Below are positions 53,094 to 63,467 of a stretch of DNA of 64,000 bases, in pieces. A program made the translations under genes and the position numbers. The notes under the pieces are model-generated. The model was given only the letters and a program-made list of their open reading frames with translations. It searched no databases and was not told where the DNA came from. Source of the DNA: Alphaproteobacteria bacterium (GTDB taxonomy: Bacteria; Pseudomonadota; Alphaproteobacteria; Micavibrionales; SZUA-601); NCBI GenBank assembly GCA_965216395.1, contig OZ244156.1:1096765-1160764 (forward strand). The letters run 5' to 3'. The stretch's first letter is position 1, and every line of letters starts with the position of its first letter.

Positions 53094-54656
53094 TTAAAGT
53101 GGGTTGGCTGGCGGGTCCGTAATTGCATCAGGACAAGCCGCCCCGAAACAATCAATATTAATATTAATATCGCCATTATTAATGATAAACTCGCCCCCTG
53201 AATCAATCGTCATAGAGCCAAAATCACTGCTGTTCATCGTCGCATCATCCACAACCATCTGCCCTACCGAAGCCGAAGCATCTGCCCCAACGAGATTAAT
53301 ATTATTAGGCCCAATATCAATATTGGCGGTTGGGGCTTGTATATCACCATCATTGGTACCATTAGCTTGTACGGCTAATACGCCCGAGGGATCTGCTTGT
53401 GTGAATTCACCCAGAACGATCAAATCATTACCATCTGTAACATTAATAGCCAAACTGGATGACTGCTCCGTTAAAACATCGATAATGGCAATTTCATCAG
53501 AAACATTCAGCGCCGCAGCGTGACCGCCCCCTTCAGTTAAACTGCCTGAAATAATTTCAACATTACCATCAACAATCATACCGTTACTACCATTCAAATC
53601 CTCTGTCACTAAGTCATCAGAAACAGATACATCCTGTGCTAAAACTCCACCACCATTAACTGTCATCGTTGCTAAACCATAATAAGCGCTTGCCGTATCT
53701 GTGGTCCCCACCTGCATATTGATGGCATTTAAATTCTGCGCGTCAATAAAACTGACATTAGAAATGGCATTATTCACCCCACCGCCATCAAAACGAATTT
53801 CTGAGACATTAACTGTTTGGGCATCGGGGCGACCTGGTTGTGGATAACGATAAACAATATCTTGATTACTACCTTCTTGGTTGGTTTCCCAAGATGGTGC
53901 AATCGCATCATTCTCATCTAAATTGGCAACATAATTGGCCTGATTGGTGATTACATCTAAATCACTGGACGTTAAACAGTCATTGGGATTATCACCCCAA
54001 CGCGTATATTCCACCACACCATTACACAACCGTGTTGAGGGCTGTAAGACAGGGTTTGCGCCTGAATCTTGCGCTTGTCCTATTCGTAATAATCCAACCG
54101 ATGACGCACCTGCACGAAATGCGGCAATATCAGATCCTGTACGCACTTGATTGGGCCTCAACGTGATATCAATGATGGTAAATGCGGTCGGCGCAGAATT
54201 TGGAGCTCCCCCGCGCGGTGCTAAATCCGCATAAGACGTTATTTGAACATCTTGGTATTTTTGGCGATTCAATTGAAAATTTGACGGCAAAAAATTATTA
54301 GCAATTAAATCATTAATCGTCACTTGGTTGCCCCCCACCCCTGCACCATTCAAAAATGTATCTCTTTGGGGGTTGCCAGCATAATCAGGGTCATAAGCCA
54401 CGGTTTGTACGTATAAATGAGACGCTTTAGCCACTTGGGCAAATTGCTGGCCCATCGCATAGTTAATTTCCCAATTAAATTCTTTTTTTTCAACAAAAGC
54501 CAACGATGTATAACCCGCCCCAAGCAATAAAATAAGCGCAAGCATACCTAAAAACAGGTAACCACTTTCAGCTTTATAAGAGCGGACAAGGCTTTGATTC
54601 GTTTGCATATATCGCAAAACCCATCCTAAAACTTTGTTTTTAAACAATAATAACAC
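53094..54656 (-). CDS. Second large pilin-like protein with a beta-helix-like repeat C-terminus
   Basis: N-terminal hydrophobic helix after ...KAESG/YLFLGMLALILLLGAGYTSLAF (non-canonical, no Glu5). The C-terminal repeats are similar in composition to the neighbouring gene and end CFGAAC. Confidence 0.55.
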   Translation of the reverse strand: MLLLFKNKVLGWVLRYMQTNQSLVRSYKAESGYLFLGMLALILLLGAGYTSLAFVEKKEFNWEINYAMGQQFAQVAKASHLYVQTVAYDPDYAGNPQRDTFLNGAGVGGNQVTINDLIANNFLPSNFQLNRQKYQDVQITSYADLAPRGGAPNSAPTAFTIIDITLRPNQVRTGSDIAAFRAGASSVGLLRIGQAQDSGANPVLQPSTRLCNGVVEYTRWGDNPNDCLTSSDLDVITNQANYVANLDENDAIAPSWETNQEGSNQDIVYRYPQPGRPDAQTVNVSEIRFDGGGVNNAISNVSFIDAQNLNAINMQVGTTDTASAYYGLATMTVNGGGVLAQDVSVSDDLVTEDLNGSNGMIVDGNVEIISGSLTEGGGHAAALNVSDEIAIIDVLTEQSSSLAINVTDGNDLIVLGEFTQADPSGVLAVQANGTNDGDIQAPTANIDIGPNNINLVGADASASVGQMVVDDATMNSSDFGSMTIDSGGEFIINNGDININIDCFGAACPDAITDPPANPL

Positions 54657-54778
54657 TTAAATTCAATTCCCAATCCTTTATAACTACAGATTGATCATAC
54701 ATAAACAACCCTAATAAACAGTATACCACAATTTATATAAAATTTTAAGTATATTTTATAAATAAACTTTCATCTTAA

Positions 54779-54811
54779 TAAAAAAAGCCACCCAAATATG
54801 AGTGGCTTTTT
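54779..54811. terminator. Terminator or attenuator after the major pilin gene
   Basis: AAAAAAAGCCACC-loop-GAGTGGCTTTTT. On the minus strand the hairpin is followed by a U-run. Confidence 0.7.
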
Positions 54812-54829
54812 AAGAATATCATTTTAATT

Positions 54830-55333
54830 TTAATTGAAAGTCCATTCCATGCTTTCACCACCTTCACAACCATCAACCAAATCAGAAACAAGCGTAGGTG
54901 AGTCAACACCACTGGCAGCAACGTTCAGATCAATCACATCAGAAGGATCGGTAATGGCTGTACCCAATTTGATACATGGGTTTTCTGGGACATCTTCGAA
55001 TGTCACAGTAAAGTTTGAATCATTCGTTCCAGAAGGTTCAACCGTAATATCACCATTAAACGGGTGTTTACCCGAATCAGGAATAGCACCCAATCCTATC
55101 ATAACAGCCGTGCTTATACCGTCATAGCTTGACTGATTCTGATAAAGATTTTGAGCCTCTTGCTTAATTTGTAACAATAGACGTGTACCGTCACTGACCT
55201 TATTGCCTTCTGTGACAAGACGGTATGTTGCGATACCACCAATTAAGAGTAAGGCACCAACACCAACAACCAAAAGCAATTCAAGCAGTGTGAAGCCTGA
55301 CTGGCGATCCTTTGTTTTATTATTTGAATTCAT
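54830..55333 (-). CDS. pilS: Major prepilin
   Basis: MNSNNKTKDRQSG/FTLLELLLVVGVGALLLIGG (G-1, F+1, E+5), 167 aa, a C-terminal Cys pair, and a terminator immediately downstream. Confidence 0.8.
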   Translation of the reverse strand: MNSNNKTKDRQSGFTLLELLLVVGVGALLLIGGIATYRLVTEGNKVSDGTRLLLQIKQEAQNLYQNQSSYDGISTAVMIGLGAIPDSGKHPFNGDITVEPSGTNDSNFTVTFEDVPENPCIKLGTAITDPSDVIDLNVAASGVDSPTLVSDLVDGCEGGESMEWTFN

Positions 55334-55346
55334 TTTTTTCTCCTAT

Positions 55347-56408
55347 TTAAAGTGATGATGCTGCTTGGATTTGTTGAACGACTCCAAACAGCGCTGTAAT
55401 TAGTAATCCCATTGTAACCGCAATAAGCACAAGTGCAACCGTATTTGCAATTTTCATAGCCGAAGATATATTTGTTTCCACATCTTGAACCCATTCACGC
55501 GTTACGTTTACTAGATTATCCTCGAAACCTTTTAACGTTGCGTAAACGCGAAGATCATCAATCAATTCTTCATCAGGGAAATCAAACCCCGTTCGAGCCA
55601 TGGCTTCTCCTAAATTATGTCCCGCAGAGATTTCATGACTAATCGCATTAATACGTTCCGAAAGATAGGGCGGAACTTTATTCGATATCCGTCGCAAAGA
55701 AACACCATCAATTTTCACCCCTGAAGACATCAAAGACGCAATAGATAATAAGAAAGAGGATCCCTGCCACATGCGATAAACACTCCATGGAACGATTTTT
55801 TCAACCACCATACGCGATTTCCCCGTCCAACGCGGCAAAGAATACGAAATAATGATCATTGCTGATAAAAGAATCATAAAAATCATTAAACCATTCTCTT
55901 TTATAAAATTAGAAGCATAGGCAATTTTCTGTGGTGTCCCGGTCCAATCTTCGATTGGCATTACTTCTGCAAAGGTCGGAATAACATTGTAAGAAGCCAT
56001 CGCTAAAGCCGCAATCAAGATCACAATCAACAAAGCAGGATAAGCACCGCTACTGATAATCGCATTTTTGACGCGTCTCTGGGCTTCAACCGCTTCGGCG
56101 GCGTTCAAAAGTGAATCTTGTAGCTTACCCGAATCACTGCCCGATTCAAGGAGCATACTTTCCCCCGTTGGCACATAATAGCCAATACAAGTTCCAAAAT
56201 TAACACCATTTTCAACTTGATTTCGCCATTTCAAAATTAAATCAGCTAGACCGTGTCGGCGACGTTTTTTTTCTAAAAAAGCGATCTGCGTTAACCCTGC
56301 ATCCAATGACACGCCATTACGTAGTAATTGTGATAATTTACGATAAAAACGCATACGCGTTTTAATATCAAATTGAAACAATATCGTTAAACGTTCACCT
56401 AAAGTCAT
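55347..56408 (-). CDS. pilR: Pilus platform protein (GspF/PilC family)
   Basis: Polytopic membrane protein with two GspF-like repeats, positioned between the ATPase and the prepilin as in R64 and PAPI-1. Confidence 0.75.
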   Translation of the reverse strand: MTLGERLTILFQFDIKTRMRFYRKLSQLLRNGVSLDAGLTQIAFLEKKRRRHGLADLILKWRNQVENGVNFGTCIGYYVPTGESMLLESGSDSGKLQDSLLNAAEAVEAQRRVKNAIISSGAYPALLIVILIAALAMASYNVIPTFAEVMPIEDWTGTPQKIAYASNFIKENGLMIFMILLSAMIIISYSLPRWTGKSRMVVEKIVPWSVYRMWQGSSFLLSIASLMSSGVKIDGVSLRRISNKVPPYLSERINAISHEISAGHNLGEAMARTGFDFPDEELIDDLRVYATLKGFEDNLVNVTREWVQDVETNISSAMKIANTVALVLIAVTMGLLITALFGVVQQIQAASSL

Positions 56409-57985
56409 GACGCATCTTCTCGATTGGGTCGAACCAGCGGACCAACGACTTTTTCAGCATCCACAGGGTCACATTCGCCAGCAATCACACGATCAATCAT
56501 GTGTTCAACCATATTGCGCCCGCCTAAATTTTTAAGCCAATGATCTTCTGCACCGGCTTTGTTATCTGCACGCACATATTCCATGAATTTTTCATCTGGA
56601 ATAATAATCTCTGCGACCAAAGTTCGACCCACATAACCTTTACCATCGCCACAATTTTCACAGCCCTTTTCATTGTGAAGACGAATTTTTTCCATGGGCA
56701 CGCCCGCTTCATCAAGGCGCGCCATAAGAGAATAAGAAATTTCATCTCCTGAAACGACAGGACGACTACATTGAGGACATAAAACACGTACTAAACGTTG
56801 CGAAATCAAACCTGTTAACAGCGTAGGATCACCGAGTTTAAAACTTTCAACTTTCAAATCACGCAAACGAAACGGAATTGTCACCGCATCATTACTATGC
56901 AGGGTTGTCCATACTTGGTGACCCGTCATGGCGGCTTCAAAAGCAAGCTGTGCGGAGGCTGCATCACGCACCTCACCGATCATCAAACGATCTGGATTGG
57001 AACGCAGTGAAGCTGCAATGGCTTTGGTAAATGCAGCTTCGCGTTCCTCAGCCGTCGCCGCATTAACAACCGGCATCTGTACCGCACCAGGAATGGGATA
57101 TTCAGGCGGATCTTCAACCGTATAGATAGCAATATTATTTTTATGTTCTTTTAAGATTGAGATAATATTACGTTGCAATGTTGTTGATTTACCATGACCC
57201 GTTGGCCCTGCAACAACATTAATACCAAAAGGCAAAGCCCGTAAATATTCAAAATCTTCGATCTGTTCTGGAGAGAAACCAAGCGCACTGACATCGCCTT
57301 CCGTCTTTTCATCACTGTCATAAAGAAGACGCACAATCATCACCCGCCCACCATAGACTATGGGATTAAACTGCAAACGAAGTGAGATCACACCATCAGG
57401 AAGACGCAGGTCTTTACGATTGGAAACACGGGCGCCTTGATATTCGTAAGGCTGATAGTTAACGTCAGACGCATCGGCCATTGTAAACGCCGCTGCACAG
57501 AAACTATGGCCATAATCAGGTGGCCATTCGGCAATTTGTTGCATCATCCCATCAATACGGGCACGCACGATACACGAATTTTCACCCACAACGACATGAA
57601 TATCCGACGCGCGACGTTTCGATACTTTTGCAACCAAATCAATGACTTCACGTCGCATACGTGCATCATCACGACCAATACGTGACGATTCTTGTTGTGC
57701 CTTAGCGTAACATGCGGTTATGGAGCTAATATCCACCGCTTCTATTTCTGGCTCAGGAAAACCTTCAATCTTAATTTCTTCAATAAAACTTAGAATCTGT
57801 GGATTATTCATGTGCGATTTTGACACCATTAAACGCCCATCAGAAAAATAAGCAGCAATGGAACGGATCTGATGACCGCGATCAAGCACCCCGCCCTCAA
57901 TCGTTAGAGGGATATCAGGATTTAGATCTGCAAGTTTAATTTTTTTCTTTTTAAAAAGATCCATACCTATCGCTCTTCCTGCCAA
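56405..57985 (-). CDS. pilQ: Pilus assembly ATPase (GspE/PilB family)
   Basis: Walker A GPTGHGKSTT, Asp/His boxes (IGEVRD, TGHQVWTTLHSN) and a tetra-Cys motif CPQC...CENC. Confidence 0.9.
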   Translation of the reverse strand: MAGRAIGMDLFKKKKIKLADLNPDIPLTIEGGVLDRGHQIRSIAAYFSDGRLMVSKSHMNNPQILSFIEEIKIEGFPEPEIEAVDISSITACYAKAQQESSRIGRDDARMRREVIDLVAKVSKRRASDIHVVVGENSCIVRARIDGMMQQIAEWPPDYGHSFCAAAFTMADASDVNYQPYEYQGARVSNRKDLRLPDGVISLRLQFNPIVYGGRVMIVRLLYDSDEKTEGDVSALGFSPEQIEDFEYLRALPFGINVVAGPTGHGKSTTLQRNIISILKEHKNNIAIYTVEDPPEYPIPGAVQMPVVNAATAEEREAAFTKAIAASLRSNPDRLMIGEVRDAASAQLAFEAAMTGHQVWTTLHSNDAVTIPFRLRDLKVESFKLGDPTLLTGLISQRLVRVLCPQCSRPVVSGDEISYSLMARLDEAGVPMEKIRLHNEKGCENCGDGKGYVGRTLVAEIIIPDEKFMEYVRADNKAGAEDHWLKNLGGRNMVEHMIDRVIAGECDPVDAEKVVGPLVRPNREDAS

Positions 57986-58521
57986 TCCAATACGATTACC
58001 TTACCTTTTTTATTTTTCACCTCAACACCACGGATAGAAATTTCTTGTACTTTTGAACCATCGCTCAACTGTTCACCTTTTTTAACAGTGGCCAGCATCC
58101 CTTCAGACGTGATAAGTTGTGCTTGTAATTGCCCATCTTTACCCCATACACGACGAACAAACCATTGCGAGGTATTTTGTAATGGTTTTTGATTTAATAC
58201 TGGTGCGATATTTTCTTCAATTTCTGCCGCACTAATAGGTTGCAACATTTTCATATCAATCGGTGTCGGATTACCCAATAAGGCTGAATTGTTTGAAAAT
58301 TTCTCAGACGCAAGTTCATTAAGCTCTTGAAGTAATTTAGATCTTTCGACACATAAGGAAAGACGATCAATATCTTCTTGTACACGTGCCAAATCTGATG
58401 GAACAACCATTGCTTCCACTTGAGGATCGGGACATAAAACTTCAGCTGCTTTTACCAATGTCGGAGACATTAAAAAAATCATCACAGCTAAGAAATAAAA
58501 AAAACTCTGCATATTATTCAC
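57967..58521 (-). CDS. Periplasmic pilus biogenesis protein in the PilP position
   Basis: Signal peptide, matching size and gene order, and a C-terminal beta domain. Assigned by position, not by motif. Confidence 0.5.
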   Translation of the reverse strand: MNNMQSFFYFLAVMIFLMSPTLVKAAEVLCPDPQVEAMVVPSDLARVQEDIDRLSLCVERSKLLQELNELASEKFSNNSALLGNPTPIDMKMLQPISAAEIEENIAPVLNQKPLQNTSQWFVRRVWGKDGQLQAQLITSEGMLATVKKGEQLSDGSKVQEISIRGVEVKNKKGKVIVLDWQEER

Positions 58522-59803
58522 CTTTTCTTTTCGTCATGATTTTGGCCTTATACATCCAATCACCTTTGTCTACATCCCACGTAATTTTTTGAACCTCCAT
58601 ACCAACAAGGTCAAAATATCCAGCGAGTGTTTTGGGCGAAACGGTTGTTTTCAACTCAATTTCTATATAGGGGCGCTCGGGTAATTTTGGTCGTTCACCT
58701 TTTTTCGGTGGGGGGGGCGGCTTGGGCGTCACAGGCTTAATTTTTAAACGACCAATATTATTCAAACGTTGTTCAAGATTAAAAATCGCTTGTTCATTTG
58801 AAAGCCAATTTTCCTGTTGAAATAACGATAATTCTTTTAATGGCATAGAAGCAAGTAAACTACGCCCTTTAATAGACACACGCGCCGAAGAAGGAAAATC
58901 TTTCATGTAATTACGGGCAATATTCATACTGCCAACCGTTTTTTGCCACTCAACAGTAACACCACTTGGGCTACATGTCATCATGACTAATGGCCAACCA
59001 GGTATCGGGCGAATAATCTGACCCGCTGTTTGACCACATGTATCAATGAGGACACTGGGTCTGGGGAGTTGAATGATTTTTTCTTCTTCTGGTTGACTTA
59101 AATCAGGGAGCGCCGCCACTTCTTTGGGTAACTGAGAATAGGCTGATAATTTTTTTTCAATTTTTGGTTTTTCCGGTACTTTAATCGGTTTTGGGAACAG
59201 AACAGGCATTAAGAAATAAGCAAAAACACCCAGCACACAGATCACAAAAGCAAGCGTTGCAAGTTGTAAATTTTTAGTGCTACCAAAAAAGGATGTAAGA
59301 CTTGTTGCTTGAAGCACAGCACCGTTTTTCCAATCACCAATCAGGTCGGACAAATCAATCTCTTCGATATCTAAATCCCATTCTTTTGGCGCATAAGCAT
59401 GAGGCCAATTATGATTATCAGCCCCTTCCATAAAAGCATTATAGGCGTCTTCTTCTGAAGCAAAAAATTGATCGCCATGCGGAGAAACAGTGTCTGAATG
59501 AACTTGTAAATACCACCAACCATTATCGGCTTTGAAAACGCCATGCCAATCCCCAACCATTTTATCAACAGCAATGGAAGCAATCGCTGTCATGCCAGCG
59601 CGGTGGCCTTTGTCCAACCACCCAATACCATGCTGATTAACAATCGAGGATCTCAAACAATAAAAGTCTCCTTGTGCTTTTCGAACGCGGTGACGTGCTA
59701 ATTTTTTATCGTCATCTTCATTGACCAATAACCACAGTAAACCAACGGCATATTTTTTACCGTTAAAAATCAAAACACCGTCGTTTTTATTATCTGCTCG
59801 CAA
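58514..59803 (-). CDS. Bitopic pilus biogenesis protein in the PilO position
   Basis: 429 aa with one central TM (LATLAFVICVLGVFAYFLMPVLF). Size and order match R64 PilO. Confidence 0.5.
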   Translation of the reverse strand: MRADNKNDGVLIFNGKKYAVGLLWLLVNEDDDKKLARHRVRKAQGDFYCLRSSIVNQHGIGWLDKGHRAGMTAIASIAVDKMVGDWHGVFKADNGWWYLQVHSDTVSPHGDQFFASEEDAYNAFMEGADNHNWPHAYAPKEWDLDIEEIDLSDLIGDWKNGAVLQATSLTSFFGSTKNLQLATLAFVICVLGVFAYFLMPVLFPKPIKVPEKPKIEKKLSAYSQLPKEVAALPDLSQPEEEKIIQLPRPSVLIDTCGQTAGQIIRPIPGWPLVMMTCSPSGVTVEWQKTVGSMNIARNYMKDFPSSARVSIKGRSLLASMPLKELSLFQQENWLSNEQAIFNLEQRLNNIGRLKIKPVTPKPPPPPKKGERPKLPERPYIEIELKTTVSPKTLAGYFDLVGMEVQKITWDVDKGDWMYKAKIMTKRKGE

Positions 59804-59836
59804 AGTTTAATACTCTATTTTTTCTTAATCAATGAA

Positions 59837-61462
59837 TTACTGTGTCAATACGCTGATCGGTTCTTCTGGCAATACATCTGTTGTAATCAATAGAACACGA
59901 ATTTCGCGACCATGGCCAAAACGTTTTTGTCCACCAGTAAACATATTCCATGAAACACCTGTGCCCGATTCAAGATCATTAGCGACCTTTTTCTCAAAAC
60001 CGGCCAGAACGAGGGTTTCACCATCAGATAAAATAGCATTTTGTAAGAAACCCGTCGTGTCGACTTCTGGTAACTGAATTGAAGAATCGCCTGCATTAAA
60101 TTCACGTAAAGCCACCAGATCTGTAATACCTACAGCAAGACGAAGCATAACTTTATCACGTTGAATCACGCGCGGGAGAACATTCATCGTCAAACCGATA
60201 TCAATTGTTCCCGGTTCAAGAGAAAGCGAGGATGTCGTATCTGAAGAAGACCCTGAAACACGCGCCACGTAAGAGCGTTTCGTCGCCACCTGTAACGGTG
60301 CGGGTTGATCAGAAAGCGTCACAATCGATCCAGAATGCACCACTGAAACCTCTTGCGCCACAGCAGAAAGCGCATTGATTACGGCCTGAACAGAACCATC
60401 CGTACCTAAGTTTCCAGGAATTTCTCTAACCAAACCCGTTGAAACATCGCGTCCATCGCCTAAACCACTCGCTAAACTGGAAAAGATAAAGGGTTGGTCA
60501 TTGAAAACATCTTTCAATACTACATCAAGATCAAAATTATAATCATTAGAATTGTCCAAAGTTACAGATAATACCTGTACCTCAATAGCAACACGACGAA
60601 GACGAAGCTTGTTCTGCATTTCAAGATATTTTTCTACATCTTTAACCACGGATGGTGAACCCGCCACCGTCACAGTCCCTGTTGTTGGAGAAAAACTCAC
60701 GCGAGCGCGCGATTCTGTGATACTTGAAATGGCTTCTTCAATTTCTTCCCAAATAGATAATGTTGTTGATGTATCAACGGATTGTTGTGGCAAACCACTT
60801 TCAGCACCGCTTGGACCTGTCTTAACACTGCCCCCAACTTCGGTTGAACCGGCTAATGAGTGAAGCATAAAAGTCCGCACAACATGTTTTGAAAGAACAA
60901 TTGACTTACCATCATAATGCCATTGCGCATCGAAACGGTCAGAAACCTGATCAAGGACATCTGACAAAGCCCCTTGCCACAAAATCCGACCTCCAGAAAC
61001 TTCTGTACCACCTGCTGGTAAAAACCGCGTTTGCTGATCACGCCCATCTTCACTTCCCGCTTCTACAATAACACGAATACCTGTTGTCCCCTGAATCGTT
61101 CGCGCCACTTCGTATAATGTCAGCGGCTTATCAAAAGTAATAATCAATGCCTCATTATGATCAACAGATTTAGGCAAAAGCGTTCCATTTTCAGAAAGAA
61201 TAGCCCGTTCACCAAACCAAGGCTCATTTTTAATGCTGAGAGAGGTTTTTTGACCTGAGTCAAAAGAACGGATTTCTTGCAAAGCTCTTTCAGCAGAGCT
61301 ACGGATTTCTTGTGATTTTTCCCTTGCCTCTTCTCTTTGAGCGCAACTCATCAACGGCAAGATAAGTATGGATAGTAAGAGAAAAAATTTCAAAGATTGA
61401 AGGATTGAATAACGCATAGGAGATACCAATTTGATAATATTAAATGTCATAATGAACCACAA
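59837..61462 (-). CDS. pilN: Secretin lipoprotein (type IVb PilN/TcpC-like)
   Basis: Lipobox ILPLMSC. The C-terminal secretin-like region ends ...GREIRVLLITTDVLPEEP. Confidence 0.75.
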   Translation of the reverse strand: MWFIMTFNIIKLVSPMRYSILQSLKFFLLLSILILPLMSCAQREEAREKSQEIRSSAERALQEIRSFDSGQKTSLSIKNEPWFGERAILSENGTLLPKSVDHNEALIITFDKPLTLYEVARTIQGTTGIRVIVEAGSEDGRDQQTRFLPAGGTEVSGGRILWQGALSDVLDQVSDRFDAQWHYDGKSIVLSKHVVRTFMLHSLAGSTEVGGSVKTGPSGAESGLPQQSVDTSTTLSIWEEIEEAISSITESRARVSFSPTTGTVTVAGSPSVVKDVEKYLEMQNKLRLRRVAIEVQVLSVTLDNSNDYNFDLDVVLKDVFNDQPFIFSSLASGLGDGRDVSTGLVREIPGNLGTDGSVQAVINALSAVAQEVSVVHSGSIVTLSDQPAPLQVATKRSYVARVSGSSSDTTSSLSLEPGTIDIGLTMNVLPRVIQRDKVMLRLAVGITDLVALREFNAGDSSIQLPEVDTTGFLQNAILSDGETLVLAGFEKKVANDLESGTGVSWNMFTGGQKRFGHGREIRVLLITTDVLPEEPISVLTQ

Positions 61463-61579
61463 TGATTAAAAAGAACTTCGTGATCTGTATTTTGCTCATG
61501 AATTAGTTAATGATAACATAATAAACGCAGATCAAAAGACCTGATATTAAGCTTTTTTTATAATAATTTAAAAAACGAA

Positions 61580-63091
61580 TTAACCGTCAAGGTTTTCCGT
61601 TTCAATGACCAAGACAGGTTGACCAGAAGGTTGATTAAGGTGTAAACGACCCAAAGGACGCGGTTCTGCACTTGAAAGGCCATCTAAAACAGTTTGAACA
61701 GCCTTTTCAAAACTCCCAGAAATATTCACATCCACTTGAATTGGATAATTAAATTTTGATTTCCAAACCAAAGAAACATTTGCTTGTTCAGCCCAGTCCA
61801 CTAAAATAGATCGCAATGTCGCACCACTATCGGCTTGCCATTGATACCCACCCGATATCATTGAATTTTGTGACATCATATTATTACCAAACGTTGATTC
61901 AACGAATTCACCTTCTTGTTGAGATTGGTTTGAAACCACGCCTTGCATAGCAGTCGTTTTTTGTGAACCGTTATTCAAATACGTCGTTGGCACAAAAGGT
62001 TTAACCTGATGAACACTTGATGGTGGAGTTAATTCCATCGGTTGGCCAATAGAAAGCTCAGAAAGCTCTAAACGGTCAGAACGTACTAATAAACTTTGTG
62101 GCTCATTTGATATTTTTTGATCCAACTGAATTGGTTGTGCACTTTTTTGAAGTGACATAGTTTTTGGCAAAACATCACGCATTGGTTTTTCATCAACCAA
62201 CAAATCGTTGATCGGACTTTGTGATAAAGGTTTCTTAGGCATTTGCACAACAGGTGTTAATTCAACTGGGGCCATTTTATCGTTCTCGTGCATTTCTTGT
62301 TTTTGGACAATTTTTGTTTTTTGTGCCATTGCCATTTCAACAGGCGGGGTAGATCGTAAATAAATCACATTCCCAGATATCTCAGCAGAAACACCATGCG
62401 CGCGCGTCATGTCAGAAACAACCTCATCCCATGGCTTACCACCTCGCCAATCCACTTTCATACCTGGATTAACACTATCCGCAAAAACATAACGGTAATC
62501 AGCCGGTACAATTTGTTGTAAAGCAATAACCAAAGGCACTTGGGTAGCAAAGCCTTGCGCCACCTGTTTATCTGATACAGCTAATTCAACAGGTTGTGAA
62601 AACTCAGAGTTTTTAAAAGAGTTATCGTCTGATTTCATAACCATATCGGGTAACTTACCTTTCATCTCTTGCTTAGTACTCATATCGCTGGACTTCGTTT
62701 CAGAGGCGATCAGAATTTTTTTGTTTTTAACAGGTAAGGAAGACACAGATTTTTTTTGTTTTGGTAAAATTTCCTTTAAAGTCGTTTGAATATTTCCCAT
62801 CCATGTTTTCGTTTCAGTTTCTTCAACATTCATCGGTGATGACTGAACTTCGGGTTTAAGCTCAGGTTTAGACTCAGGCTCAGTTTTGATATCACGCGTT
62901 TTATTTTCAACAAGATTTTCTGATAAAACAGTTTCAGAAACAACCTTCTCTTCCACCACTTTCGGGGCCGACATACTGGGCTCTTGATTAATAGGCGCGA
63001 CGAACTCAAAACCAGCTTGAACATATGTTGGCATAACAGATATTGCTAAAATGAACGCAGTTCCGATGTATAAATTTGAACGATGAGCCAT
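61580..63091 (-). CDS. pilL: PilL-like protein with two TcpQ-type domains
   Basis: It has a signal peptide. The central VPLVIALQQIVPADYRYVFADSVNPGMKVDWRGGKPWDEVVSDMTRAHGVSAEISGNVIYL and the C-terminal YQWQADSGATLRSILVDWAEQANVSLVWKSKFNYPIQVDVNISGSFEKAVQTVL both fit the TcpQ/PilL C-terminal domain pattern. Confidence 0.6.
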   Translation of the reverse strand: MAHRSNLYIGTAFILAISVMPTYVQAGFEFVAPINQEPSMSAPKVVEEKVVSETVLSENLVENKTRDIKTEPESKPELKPEVQSSPMNVEETETKTWMGNIQTTLKEILPKQKKSVSSLPVKNKKILIASETKSSDMSTKQEMKGKLPDMVMKSDDNSFKNSEFSQPVELAVSDKQVAQGFATQVPLVIALQQIVPADYRYVFADSVNPGMKVDWRGGKPWDEVVSDMTRAHGVSAEISGNVIYLRSTPPVEMAMAQKTKIVQKQEMHENDKMAPVELTPVVQMPKKPLSQSPINDLLVDEKPMRDVLPKTMSLQKSAQPIQLDQKISNEPQSLLVRSDRLELSELSIGQPMELTPPSSVHQVKPFVPTTYLNNGSQKTTAMQGVVSNQSQQEGEFVESTFGNNMMSQNSMISGGYQWQADSGATLRSILVDWAEQANVSLVWKSKFNYPIQVDVNISGSFEKAVQTVLDGLSSAEPRPLGRLHLNQPSGQPVLVIETENLDG

Positions 63092-63185
63092 TATTGAGTC
63101 CCTTATTTATTTTTTAATTTATTTTGATATTCTGAAGTGTCTTGTATCAATATGCAAGAGATAGAAGTAATTCGCTAATTTTTTT

Positions 63186-63467
63186 TTAAAATCCACCATA
63201 ATCTTTAAATTCACGTCGATTTATTTTAAGTAGAGCAGGTCTTTTTTGACCAATAAACCAAACACGTACTCTGCGCATAGCCAACGGAACTGTTAATCCA
63301 AAACGTTCCAAAATAGCAAAAAAAACAACGGACAAAATCGCTAAAATAAAAGTCCATAAGCGAATATGAATCAGAAATAACAACAAAAACCCCGCTGCAC
63401 GCGCATCTACATTAAAAAACCGAACGGCTCTTGCTGTGTTACGCCAGTGATTTTGTGCGTTAAACAT
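63186..63467 (-). CDS. icmT: IcmT/TraK-family small membrane protein (type IVB secretion)
   Basis: NHWRNTARAVRFFNVDARAAGFLLLFLIHIRLWTFILAILSVVFFAILERFGLTVPLAMRRVRVW closely follows the IcmT/TraK pattern. I place the start at 63467, where ATGTTTAA overlaps the upstream stop. Confidence 0.75.
   Translation of the reverse strand: MFNAQNHWRNTARAVRFFNVDARAAGFLLLFLIHIRLWTFILAILSVVFFAILERFGLTVPLAMRRVRVWFIGQKRPALLKINRREFKDYGGF

Noticed and set aside
51792-54830. R64-type shufflon (rci recombinase plus 19-bp inverted repeats) at the pilV-like genes
   Set aside because: There is no tyrosine recombinase gene in or next to the cluster. I saw no reiterated inverted-repeat set at the 3' ends of the genes. 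The two genes are separated by only 11 nt.
51878-55127. Long + strand ORFs inside the pilin genes (51878..52252, 53104..53523, 53944..54150, 54834..55127)
   Set aside because: They are antisense to strong prepilin-type genes. Their Ser/Thr/Ala-rich translations are the mirror image of the V/N/D/G repeats, so they are compositional artefacts.
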